Of a DNA stretch of 16,466 bases, positions 1 to 8,056 are shown piece after piece (within the stretch, counting starts at the first letter, position 1; each line of letters starts with the position of its first letter). Both the position numbers and the translations under genes were made by a program. The notes beneath the pieces were generated by a model. That model was not told the origin of the DNA and ran no database searches. It saw only the letters and a list, made by a program, of their open reading frames with translations. Source of the stretch: Coleofasciculus chthonoplastes F2-STO-03 (GTDB lineage: Bacteria > Cyanobacteriota > Cyanobacteriia > Cyanobacteriales > Coleofasciculaceae); NCBI GenBank assembly GCA_040222015.1, contig JAVJWO010000086.1:1-16466 (forward strand), read 5' to 3'.

Positions 1-70
1 CAATATACAGGAAGCGATTAGCTTTATTTGATTAACCTGTATCTTACTAAGGTAGTATATTCAAGCTGTA

Positions 71-130
71 TTGACCGCCTATCCATCCCAACACCAACCT
101 GCACTCAGGTATGGTGTGGGGCTTCCGGCT
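71..130. repeat. Imperfect hairpin resembling an IS200/IS605-family element end (remnant)
   Basis: Arms CCCAACACCAACCTG (87-101) and CAGGTATGGTGTGGG (106-120) flank a CACT loop. The minus strand reads GAAGCCCC-hairpin-GGGATGGATAGGCGGTCAA and ends in TCAA. The family assignment is from resemblance only. Confidence 0.35.
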
Positions 131-180
131 AAGAAAGCTAAGGGTGGCTGGGTGTTTTCGGGATGGGTGGCGACGTGAGT

Positions 181-210
181 GTCATTGGTCATTAGTCATA
201 GTTCATTTGT
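181..210. repeat. Degenerate heptamer tandem repeat (STRR2-like, TTGGTCA)
   Basis: GTCATTG GTCATTA GTCATAG TTCATTT GT has a 7-bp period typical of cyanobacterial STRR repeats. Confidence 0.7.
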
Positions 211-236
211 TAAAATCCAATCAGTTGCTGGGTTGG

Positions 237-1166
237 ATGGCTATGGTTAATCCTGTTTCTCTATTGCTTGAGTTGTGTCGATCGCGTTTGATATTCGTTC
301 TTTTCGCCCTGCTTGTCTGTAGTGGCGTTCCCTCTCAAGCGCAATCTGAACCAGAAAATCCATCCCCTGCATCTGACATGCGATCGCAACCTGATGTGAT
401 TACCCAGCAATTAATCGGAGAATGGCAAGCCACTGATCCGGCGTCTGGGGAATCCATCCAGTTAATTTTTGCCTCTGATAACCAATTATTTTTTATCTTA
501 CCCGCTCAAGATGGGTCGGCTGTGGCAATCCCAGTCGAGTATCAAATTCAGACGGCGACTCAACCGATGCACCTGGATATGGCACTCACCCCGGATCAAA
601 TCGCCTTAACGATTTTTGAATTAACCCCAGAGGGGAAGCTGCGCTTAGAATTTAAAGATGTTACGCCGGGACAACCTCGACCCACGGCGTTTAGTGATAC
701 GGCGTTACTCTTGGCAAAGACATCGGATGATACCACCGTACCCGAGGATATTTCCGTGATTGAGTTGGAAACCAGCGCCAACCGATCCAGCCAAGGGATT
801 CCGATGCAGTATATCAGCCTCTTAAATCGCGCCCAGCAGGTGTATTATCTAGAAAATCGTCAATTTGCGAATACCCTAGAACAGCTAGAAATTGCCACAA
901 ACCTAGAAACTGCCTTATATACATACCAAATTGTGCCATCCCGCGATCGCGCTGAGAGTGTGGCGATTACGGCATATCCCAAAGATGAGGGACTTCCCAG
1001 CTACATTGGTGCGGTATTTGTCACTACCGTTGATGGGTTTGAGACAACCGTCTCTGGAATTTGTCAGAGTGAACAACCCGCTACCTCACCCCCACCAATG
1101 CCAATTCCACCTTCAGCCGATTCTACAGAGATTCAATGTCCCGCCGGATCTCGTCTTTTACAGTAA
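237..1166 (+). CDS. Secreted protein: signal peptide, beta-rich domain (TIGR03067-like) and C-terminal type IV pilin-like G/H domain
   Basis: ORF 111..1166; the likely start is ATG 237 or 243 because the upstream part overlaps a hairpin and STRR DNA. A hydrophobic stretch LIFVLFALLVC is followed by SQA/Q. The C-terminus has the Pilin_GH-like pattern LNRAQQVYYLE..F...LEQL...Y.Y.I...SYIGAV...IC...CP.GS. The middle domain has IGEW...MHLD...IFEL...LRL...PGQPRPTAF. Confidence 0.8.
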   Translation: MAMVNPVSLLLELCRSRLIFVLFALLVCSGVPSQAQSEPENPSPASDMRSQPDVITQQLIGEWQATDPASGESIQLIFASDNQLFFILPAQDGSAVAIPVEYQIQTATQPMHLDMALTPDQIALTIFELTPEGKLRLEFKDVTPGQPRPTAFSDTALLLAKTSDDTTVPEDISVIELETSANRSSQGIPMQYISLLNRAQQVYYLENRQFANTLEQLEIATNLETALYTYQIVPSRDRAESVAITAYPKDEGLPSYIGAVFVTTVDGFETTVSGICQSEQPATSPPPMPIPPSADSTEIQCPAGSRLLQ

Positions 1167-1201
1167 GTAGGGGCTGCTACAGGGAGTCTTGCGGCGGGGA
1201 G

Positions 1202-1226
1202 AGGCAATAGGCAATAGGCAATAGGC
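1202..1226. repeat. Heptamer tandem repeat (AGGCAAT)x3.5, STRR-type
   Basis: AGGCAAT AGGCAAT AGGCAAT AGGC read directly from the sequence. Confidence 0.9.
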
Positions 1227-1283
1227 TTTCTTTGAAGACAAAAGCTTACCTTACAAGGGATTGAGCGATTTGAATTTTTCTTT

Positions 1284-1389
1284 TATAGCAACCGCCATGG
1301 CTGTTAGGACACATCATTTATGTAGAGACCAAACATGGACGGTCTCTACAATGGTGCCGAACGTCCTAATCGATGTGTCTATTGCTATA
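1284..1389. mobile_element. MITE with bipartite TIR (TATAGCAA...TTAGGAC / GTCCTAA...TTGCTATA) carrying a central GTAGAGAC REP-like palindrome
   Basis: TATAGCAA 1284-1291 pairs with TTGCTATA 1382-1389. Inner blocks TTAGGAC 1304-1310 and GTCCTAA 1363-1369 are each 20 nt from the ends. A perfect 10-bp palindrome TGTAGAGACC (1321-1330) / GGTCTCTACA (1341-1350) lies in the centre. The TA termini are IS630-like. Confidence 0.8.
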
Positions 1390-1390
1390 T

Positions 1391-1417
1391 GTCCTAACTA
1401 GAGTGCGTAGTGCTATA
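1391..1417. mobile_element. Orphan second right-hand TIR of the same MITE family
   Basis: GTCCTAA (1391-1397) and TGCTATA (1411-1417) have the same spacing as the right TIR at 1363-1389. Confidence 0.6.
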
Positions 1418-1474
1418 TTGCTGTCTTTTGAAATTGTTATTGTAGATTTTTCTGCTATTAAGATAGAAACACGT

Positions 1475-1578
1475 TAAGCTGTTCGGCATTTAAACCTTAA
1501 TGTCAACAACCGCAAAACCCTTGCAATGCGAGCATCTTGCTCGCTACCCATTCCCAATTTAAATGCGTGACAAGCTTA
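1475..1578. mobile_element. MITE (TA-flanked, ~20-bp TIR) carrying a GCGAGCA/TGCTCGC REP-like hairpin
   Basis: Left TAAGCTGTTCGGCATTTAAA (1475-1494) matches the reverse complement of 1558-1578, TAAGCTTGTCACGCATTTAAA. The internal palindrome GCGAGCA-TCT-TGCTCGC (1528-1544) ends in CTAC, i.e. GTAG on the minus strand. Confidence 0.75.
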
Positions 1579-1646
1579 TCGCTCACTCCTGCTTGTGATC
1601 GGCTATCAACTTTGAGTAATCCTCAGTGTTTCCCCCATCTACCCCT

Positions 1647-4600
1647 ATGGTTACCGTTGCTGGCTGTCGGGTTCTTGCCCAAATCTATGAAAGTAGTAAC
1701 TCTCTCGTCTATCGTGGTATCCGAGAATCGGATCAGCAGTCGGTGATCCTCAAAGTTCTTAAACAAGATTATCCTACGCTCGCAGAAATTAACCGCTATC
1801 AACAAGAATATCAAATCACGCGCTCCCTCAACTTTGGCGGTGTGGTTCAGGCTTATAGCTTAGAACCCCATCAAACCACCTTGGTGATTATCTTTGAAGA
1901 TTTTGGCGGTTCCTCATTAAAACTCTTACTCCAGGAACGGGGATTTACGCTCAAAGAATTCTTAAGTATCGCCATTCGCAATACAGAAAGCTTAGGCAGA
2001 ATTCATGCTGCCCATATTATTCATAAAGATATCAACCCTGCCAATATTGTTTTCAATCCTGAAACCGGACAACTGAAAATCATTGACTTTGGCATTGCTA
2101 CCGTTTTATCACGAGAAGACCCGACTCTGAAAAATCCCTCCGTCTTAGAAGGCACATTAGCCTATATGTCACCGGAACAAACCGGGAGAATGAACCGGGC
2201 GCTGGATTATCGTACTGATTTTTATTCCTTAGGGGTTACGTTCTATGAATTGCTAACCCATCACTTTCCCTTTGAAACCGAAGATCCCCTAGAATTAGTC
2301 CATTTTCATCTGGCTAAAGAACCGATTCCGCCTCACCAAATTAATCCGCAGATTCCGCCAGCCCTCTCTGCTATAGTGATGAAATTATTGGCAAAAAATG
2401 CCGAAGACCGCTATCAAAGTGCCTGGGGACTAAAATCTGATTTAACCATTTGTTTAATGCAATTAGAAACAAAGGGAAAAATTGAACAATTTTCCCTCGG
2501 TCGCCAAGATATTTCTGAGCAATTTCAAATTCCCCAGAAACTGTATGGTAGAGAACGGGAAATTAAAATCCTACTGGACACCTTTATTCGCATTACTGGA
2601 CGTACTTTATTCCTAGACCCAACGCCAAACTCAATAGGGGCTGGTTTTGAACAAAAGTTATCGTCAACGGCGACACAAAATTCCCTAAACCCGCCCCTAC
2701 ACACTCGAAACTCCCCCAAGGAGATGATGGTTGTATCTGGATATTCCGGTATAGGGAAGTCAGCGCTAGTCCAGGAATTATATAAACCGATTACTCAACG
2801 GCGGGGCTATTTTATTCGCGGCAAATTTGACCAATATCAACGGGATATTCCTTACTCAGCCGTGATTCAGGCTTTTCGAGAATTAATCAAGCAGTTGTTA
2901 ACAGAAACTACCCTCCAACTAACCCAGTGGCGCAACCACCTCTTAGCAGCATTGGGGGGGAATGCTCAAATCATTATTGATGTCATTCCTGAAGTTGAAC
3001 TGATTGTCGGCAAACCTGTTCCAGTTCCTAAGTTACCTCCCACAGAATCGCAAAATCGCTTTAAGTTCGTTCTGCACAACTTTATCCAAGTTTTTGCTAA
3101 ACCTGAACATCCATTAGTAATTTTTCTGGATGATTTGCAGTGGGCAGATAGTGCTTCGTTGAAACTTATCGAATGGTTGATGAACTCCTCAGATCAGGGT
3201 GAGGCTGAGTCTCATATCGGCGGGATGTTTCTGATTGGCGCTTATCGGGATAATGAAGTGACAGTTTCCCATCCCTTACGATTCACATTCGAGACCATTC
3301 GCGCCAGCGGAACCATTATTCATGAGATGGTTTTAGCACCCTTGGGATTAATCAGCATTATTCAATTAGTGGCAGAAACGCTCAAATGTTCCCCTGATCA
3401 TGCCCAGCCTTTGGCTAAATTAGTCCAGATTAAAACTGGAGGCAATCCGTTCTTTATTAATGAATTTATCAAATACTTGTATCAACAAAATCTGCTCAAT
3501 TTTAATTCTCAACAGGGAGCGTGGAACTGGGATTTAGCCCAAATCCAAGCCCAAAACTTTACCGATAATGTTGTCGCTATTTTGGCAGATAAGATTAAAA
3601 CATTACCCTCCCAGGTACAACAGGTCTTACAGTTTGCCGCTTGTTTGGGGAATTCCTTTGAACTAAAACTATTAGCCCTAGTTTTAGGCGAATCCCTGTC
3701 CGAAACAGCGGTGCAATTATGGCAGGCGATCGTTGAAGGGTTAATTGTTCCTTTGGGGGAAGATTATAAGTTAATCAGTCAAGCAGATATGACTCAAACT
3801 TTATTGGGTCAACATCAAGTAAGCACCTTAAATTACGTCTTGTCTAAGACACATATAGAAACTCAAACCTTAACCATTCAATACCAATTTGTCCACGACC
3901 GCATTCAGCAAGCCGCTTATTCTCTGATTCCTGAGGAACAATGCCAAGCGGTTCATCGGACTGTCGGTCAATTATTACTGAAAAATACGCCAGCCGACCA
4001 GGTATCAAACTCTCTGTTTGATATTGTTAACCATCTGAATATGAGTATTGAGTTAATCGAATCCCCTGAAGAACGGCATGAATTAGCTCAATTAAATCTT
4101 TGGGCAGGTGAGAAAGCCAAAGCCGCAACTGCTTATGAACCGGCGAGAAAATACTTAACCATCGGTCGCGAACTACTTCCGTCAGAGAGTTGGCAGGTGC
4201 AGTATGACTTGACCCTAAACTTGGCTCTAGAAGCCATCGAAGTCGCCTATTTATTGACCGATTTTGCCGCCGCCCAAATTTTAACCGATGATGTGCTAAA
4301 CCGGGCGCAAACCTTAATGGATAAAGTCAAGGTTTATGAACTGCAAATTTTATTTGATAGTTCTCAAAATAAAATGCTGTCCGCTATCCAAACCGCACAG
4401 CAGGTGTTAAACCTATTAGACATACCGCTAACTGAAACACCTCCGGTTTATCAAACGGTTGAGGCGTTAGTGGATTTACCGGAAATGACTGAACCCACTC
4501 AATTAGCGGCGTTGCGAATTTTAATGTCTGTGATGGCACCCGCTTATATTGCTAAACCCTCGCTCTTACCGTCGCTAATTTTAACCATGGTGAATCTCTG

Positions 4601-7118
4601 TATTCGCCATGGAAATTCCTCCCTCACCGCTTACGCCTATAGCGTTTATAGTTTGCTGTTATGTGGTCAACAAGAAACCATTGATCAAGGCTATTGCTTT
4701 GGTCAGTTAGCGTTGAAATTATTAGACCTTTTTCCTGCCAAAGACGTACAAGCCAAAGTATATCAGCAATTTAATGCCTTTGTCCGACCTTGGAAAGAGC
4801 CAGCTATAAACACCTTAAATCCATTACTCGATACGATTCAAACGGCAATTGAAAATGGTGATATTGAATATGCTTGTCACTGTACGGTAAACTATTGTAC
4901 TTATTCATTTTTCGTCGGACTCTCCTTAACTGAGGTTGAATCCAAACAAGCTCAACATCTGGAACTGAATCGGCAATTTAAACAAGATTATCAGATTGGG
5001 TATATCACAATTTGGCGGAATTTATCCTTATGCTTAATTGATGCTGACCATTATCCGACGTTAGACTGGACAGTTTTTGATCGCCTTCTTCCTGATTTAT
5101 TAGCAGCAAAGAATCAGATTTCAATTTTGTCTGTTTATTGGGCGAAGTTATTTCTGGCTTACTTATTTGGCGATGAACCAGAAGCGGAAAGGCTGGTTGG
5201 GCTGGCTGATGAGTATCAGGGAAGTGTGAATGGCTTATTAAATAGTGTTTTAACCAATTTCTATTTTTCTTTAGTCCTGTTGTCTCTGTGCCATTCAGCC
5301 AGTCCCCGTAAACGCAGACGCTATCTCAACAAAATAGCCAGACAACAAAAAATAATGCAAACATGGGCAGACTATGCTCCTTGTAACTTTCAGCATAAAT
5401 ATGACTTAGTGGAGGCGGAACGGGCGGGATTACGGGGCAAAATTCTGCAAGCGATGGAGTATTATGATCGGGCGATTCAAGGTGCTAAAAAACAGGGTTA
5501 TCTTCAAGACGAAGCCCTAGCTTATGAACGAGCCAGCAAGTTCTATCAACAATTATGTCGAGAAGAAATTGCCCAAGCCTATTTACAAAAAGCTTATTAC
5601 GTTTATACCCGATGGGGAGCAATGGCGAAAGTTAAACAGTTAAAAGCCACCTATCCCCAATGGCTTTTAACTCATGTGAATAACAATGAGTCTGGGGGAC
5701 TATTACAAAAACCTGCAACCCTGACTACAACCACCCAAAATGGCAAAAATTCGTCAGAGTATCTTGACTTAAATAGCGTTATGAAAGCGGCGCAAGCGAT
5801 TTCTGGTGAGATTGTCTTGGATAAATTACTGGCGGCGTTGATGAAGATTTTGATTGAAAATGCGGGAGCGCAAAAAGGGTTTCTGATTTTAGAGACGAAA
5901 GGAAAACTACGAATTGAAGCCGAGGGACAGGTGAATACGCTGACCCAACCTTGTGCAGAGTGCAATCAAATTCAAGTCTTGCAATCGACTGACTTGGAAG
6001 AGACGCAAGTGCTATCCGTCGCCATCATTAATTATGTAGCGCGAACTCAAGATATTGTGGTGTTAAATGATGCCCTAAATGAGGAACAATTTAGGCAAGA
6101 TTCCTATATTCAAACTTATCAACCGAAGTCAATTCTCTGTGCGCCGTTGATTAATCAAGGAAAACTCAGCGGTATTGTCTATTTAGAAAATAATTTGACG
6201 ACGGGAGCATTTACGGCTAGCCGATTGGAACTGTTGCGTCTCCTATCCGCGCAAGCTGCTACCTCGATTGAAAATGCCCGTTTCTATAGCAGTTTGGCAG
6301 AACTGAATCAGGCGTATGAACGGTTTGTTCCGCGTCAGTTTCTCCATTTTTTGAATAAGGATAGTATTGTCGATGTCCAGTTGGGTGATAATGTCCAACA
6401 GAAAATGTCGATCCTATTTTCGGATATTCGCTCCTTCACCACCCTATCAGAAACGCTGACGCCGGAGGACAATTTTAAGTTTATTAATGCTTATTTGTCG
6501 CGCATGGAGCCAGCAATTACTGACCATAATGGCTTTATTGATAAATATATTGGTGATGCAATTATGGCATTGTTTAGTGGTCAGGCTGATGATGCAGTTA
6601 AGGCGGGAATTGCTATGCTACAACAACTGAGGATCTATAATCAACATCGACAGAATTCTGGCTATCCTCCTATCCGGATTGGGATTGGGATTAATACGGG
6701 AGGGTTAATGCTAGGAACCATTGGTGGAGTCTCGCGCATGGATAGCACGGTGATTAGTGATGCGGTGAATTTAGCCTCTCGCATTGAAGGGTTAACCAAA
6801 TATTATCAAGTCCCCTTATTAATTTCTCATCATACTTTTTCCTGTTTATCGAATCCGACTAATTATGCGATTCGCCTAATTGATAAAGTGAAGGTGAAGG
6901 GGAAATCGGAATTGGTAACCGTTTATGAAGTGTTTGATGCAGATTTATCTCAGATTAAAGCCGCCAAATTAGCCACGTTACAAACCTTTACTGAAGCCTG
7001 GTATTTTTATAACCTGAAGGCGTTTGCTGAGGCGAAAACACGCTTTGCTGAAGTGCTGCGGGTCAATTCTCAAGATCAAGTGGCTAAAATCTATCTCAAT
7101 CGTTGTCAACAGCAATAG
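1647..7118 (+). CDS. Multidomain Ser/Thr protein kinase / STAND-type AAA ATPase / helical (TPR-like) repeats / GAF / class III adenylate cyclase
   Basis: ORF 1626..7118 starts at GTG; ATG 1647 is the more likely start. Kinase motifs: VILK, HKDINPAN, DFG, GTLAYMSPEQTGR, DFYSLG. Walker A GYSGIGKS, Walker B LVIFLDD, plus TGGNPFF and FVHDRIQQAAY. GAF: SILCAPLINQGKLSGIVYLENN. Cyclase motifs: LFSDIRSFT, DKYIGDAIM, IGIGINTG, TVISDAVNLASRIE, VKGK. Confidence 0.93.
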   Translation: MVTVAGCRVLAQIYESSNSLVYRGIRESDQQSVILKVLKQDYPTLAEINRYQQEYQITRSLNFGGVVQAYSLEPHQTTLVIIFEDFGGSSLKLLLQERGFTLKEFLSIAIRNTESLGRIHAAHIIHKDINPANIVFNPETGQLKIIDFGIATVLSREDPTLKNPSVLEGTLAYMSPEQTGRMNRALDYRTDFYSLGVTFYELLTHHFPFETEDPLELVHFHLAKEPIPPHQINPQIPPALSAIVMKLLAKNAEDRYQSAWGLKSDLTICLMQLETKGKIEQFSLGRQDISEQFQIPQKLYGREREIKILLDTFIRITGRTLFLDPTPNSIGAGFEQKLSSTATQNSLNPPLHTRNSPKEMMVVSGYSGIGKSALVQELYKPITQRRGYFIRGKFDQYQRDIPYSAVIQAFRELIKQLLTETTLQLTQWRNHLLAALGGNAQIIIDVIPEVELIVGKPVPVPKLPPTESQNRFKFVLHNFIQVFAKPEHPLVIFLDDLQWADSASLKLIEWLMNSSDQGEAESHIGGMFLIGAYRDNEVTVSHPLRFTFETIRASGTIIHEMVLAPLGLISIIQLVAETLKCSPDHAQPLAKLVQIKTGGNPFFINEFIKYLYQQNLLNFNSQQGAWNWDLAQIQAQNFTDNVVAILADKIKTLPSQVQQVLQFAACLGNSFELKLLALVLGESLSETAVQLWQAIVEGLIVPLGEDYKLISQADMTQTLLGQHQVSTLNYVLSKTHIETQTLTIQYQFVHDRIQQAAYSLIPEEQCQAVHRTVGQLLLKNTPADQVSNSLFDIVNHLNMSIELIESPEERHELAQLNLWAGEKAKAATAYEPARKYLTIGRELLPSESWQVQYDLTLNLALEAIEVAYLLTDFAAAQILTDDVLNRAQTLMDKVKVYELQILFDSSQNKMLSAIQTAQQVLNLLDIPLTETPPVYQTVEALVDLPEMTEPTQLAALRILMSVMAPAYIAKPSLLPSLILTMVNLCIRHGNSSLTAYAYSVYSLLLCGQQETIDQGYCFGQLALKLLDLFPAKDVQAKVYQQFNAFVRPWKEPAINTLNPLLDTIQTAIENGDIEYACHCTVNYCTYSFFVGLSLTEVESKQAQHLELNRQFKQDYQIGYITIWRNLSLCLIDADHYPTLDWTVFDRLLPDLLAAKNQISILSVYWAKLFLAYLFGDEPEAERLVGLADEYQGSVNGLLNSVLTNFYFSLVLLSLCHSASPRKRRRYLNKIARQQKIMQTWADYAPCNFQHKYDLVEAERAGLRGKILQAMEYYDRAIQGAKKQGYLQDEALAYERASKFYQQLCREEIAQAYLQKAYYVYTRWGAMAKVKQLKATYPQWLLTHVNNNESGGLLQKPATLTTTTQNGKNSSEYLDLNSVMKAAQAISGEIVLDKLLAALMKILIENAGAQKGFLILETKGKLRIEAEGQVNTLTQPCAECNQIQVLQSTDLEETQVLSVAIINYVARTQDIVVLNDALNEEQFRQDSYIQTYQPKSILCAPLINQGKLSGIVYLENNLTTGAFTASRLELLRLLSAQAATSIENARFYSSLAELNQAYERFVPRQFLHFLNKDSIVDVQLGDNVQQKMSILFSDIRSFTTLSETLTPEDNFKFINAYLSRMEPAITDHNGFIDKYIGDAIMALFSGQADDAVKAGIAMLQQLRIYNQHRQNSGYPPIRIGIGINTGGLMLGTIGGVSRMDSTVISDAVNLASRIEGLTKYYQVPLLISHHTFSCLSNPTNYAIRLIDKVKVKGKSELVTVYEVFDADLSQIKAAKLATLQTFTEAWYFYNLKAFAEAKTRFAEVLRVNSQDQVAKIYLNRCQQQ
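2634..2700 (+). repeat. GTAGGGGCGGGTTT/AAACCCGCCCCTAC palindromic element inserted in frame in the kinase-cyclase CDS
   Basis: 5' arm ATAGGGGCTGGTTT (2634-2647), 39-nt loop, perfect 3' arm AAACCCGCCCCTAC (2687-2700). Same family as the intergenic copies at 7201, 7510 and 16177. Confidence 0.85.
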
Positions 7119-7200
7119 CTATCGGTGTGTTTGATTGAGAGAAAACAGTCCCCTAAGTAGGTGGGAAAAATTAAAAATTTTGAAAGATTTATCCTATCAT

Positions 7201-7270
7201 GTAGGGGCGGGTTTAGGGATTAAATGAGTAGACTCACCTTAAACAAGACAACGAAACCCGCCCTTTTTTT
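7201..7270 (+). terminator. REP-like hairpin followed by a T-tract; possible terminator or 3' stabiliser for the kinase-cyclase gene
   Basis: GTAGGGGCGGGTTT (7201-7214) pairs with AAACCCGCCC (7254-7263) and is followed by TTTTTTT, ~80 nt after the stop codon. The 39-nt loop is atypically large for a terminator. Confidence 0.45.
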
Positions 7271-7319
7271 AACCGTGAGTGGATTTGGGATTGAGGCTAT
7301 CGGTTAGGTTCAATACGGG

Positions 7320-7576
7320 GGAAGGGCGGGTTTTGTCTGACATTTATTGATTTGCCCGTCAATTGATACCAAGTTGCAGTCTAAGGTAGAATCTGTCATG
7401 CTGAGCAGAATGCAGTGAAACGGAATGACGCTCGCGCATCTGTCCAGATTCTTCGGTTCGCTCTCCAATGACATGATAGAACGAAACTTGGTATGAGTTC
7501 CTAAACCAAGGAAGGGCGGGTTTTGTATGACATTTATTGATTTGCCCGTCAATTGAGTTCCTAAACCCGCCCCTAC
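7320..7576. repeat. Direct duplication of a REP-like unit; the first copy is interrupted by a MITE
   Basis: GGAAGGGCGGGTTTTGT(C/A)TGACATTTATTGATTTGCCCGTCAATTGA occurs at 7320-7366 and 7510-7556 with one mismatch. Copy 2 continues GTTCCTAAACCCGCCCCTAC. Copy 1 resumes with GTTCCTAAACC at 7497. Confidence 0.9.
7367..7493. mobile_element. 127-bp MITE with 17-bp TIR and 3-bp target duplication (TGA), carrying a TGTCAT...ATGACA palindromic repeat
   Basis: TACCAAGTTGCAGTCTA (7367-7383) matches the reverse complement of 7477-7493, TACCAAGTTTCGTTCTA, at 14/17. TGA occurs at 7364-7366 and 7494-7496, and the empty site is visible in the sister copy (AATTGAGTTC, 7551-7560). The inner element spans 7394-7473. 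Confidence 0.85.
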
Positions 7577-7862
7577 TTACGTTCCCATCAGGTCTAGCTG
7601 ACAACATTGGATTTTCTCTACCGTTATGACGTTGCTGATATCAGCGAATTGGAATATTATAAAAATGTCGTAATACAAGTAATACGCTAGTATAACATAA
7701 TGATGGCTGTGAGCGAGAGAGCTAAAGGACTGGAATCTTTAGTTCTGTCTAGTACTGCTATCTCGAACGTACAGAGGTGATTAGACTCTGTACAAAAGTC
7801 GAAAGTGTATGAGCTGTAAACCTTTCCGGTAAATGCAACAGGTGGGAAACATTCGCGGTGAA

Positions 7863-7876
7863 GGTTTAGCTAAACC
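7863..7876. promoter_or_regulatory. Perfect 14-bp palindrome upstream of the hybrid kinase-cyclase gene; candidate operator
   Basis: GGTTTAGCTAAACC is its own reverse complement and lies ~180 bp upstream of ATG 8057. The regulatory role is inferred. Confidence 0.3.
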
Positions 7877-8056
7877 ATACTAATTCCATAAAAAAACCTT
7901 TTGTAAGTTTTTCCCTAAAACTATTTCAATCATTTATCGATTGAATCTCTTGGGTGCATCGCTAATTTGGGTTTAACTCCATAAAAAAAAGGACTGAATT
8001 CTGCTTAAAAATGTCGGATTTATTTCCTTAACTTTAGCGATCTCTAAGCGACTCTC

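Noticed and set aside
111..236. N-terminal extension of the first ORF from ATG 111
   Set aside because: It overlaps a hairpin and STRR heptamers (translating as HWSLVIVHL). The signal peptide fits a start at 237 or 243.
1537..1814. Small ORFs 1537..1746 (+) and 1623..1814 (-)
   Set aside because: They overlap a MITE and the kinase gene start and have no recognisable motifs.
2010..2050. Pseudokinase call based on HKDINP and the missing Gly-rich loop
   Set aside because: Both features are common in this cyanobacterial kinase-AAA family, and the catalytic Asp, Asn, DFG and Lys are present.
7310..7607. Two minus-strand ORFs (80 and 82 aa) sharing the peptide SIDGQINKC.TKPALP
   Set aside because: They are translations of the duplicated REP/MITE cluster, and the shared peptide simply reflects the DNA duplication.
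7790..7880. Cyclic di-GMP-I riboswitch, or CRP/NtcA sites upstream of the hybrid cyclase
   Set aside because: TCGAAAG is present but the GCAAA and GGGACGCAAA cores are absent. No TGTGA-N6-TCACA or GTA-N8-TAC match was found by eye in the leader.
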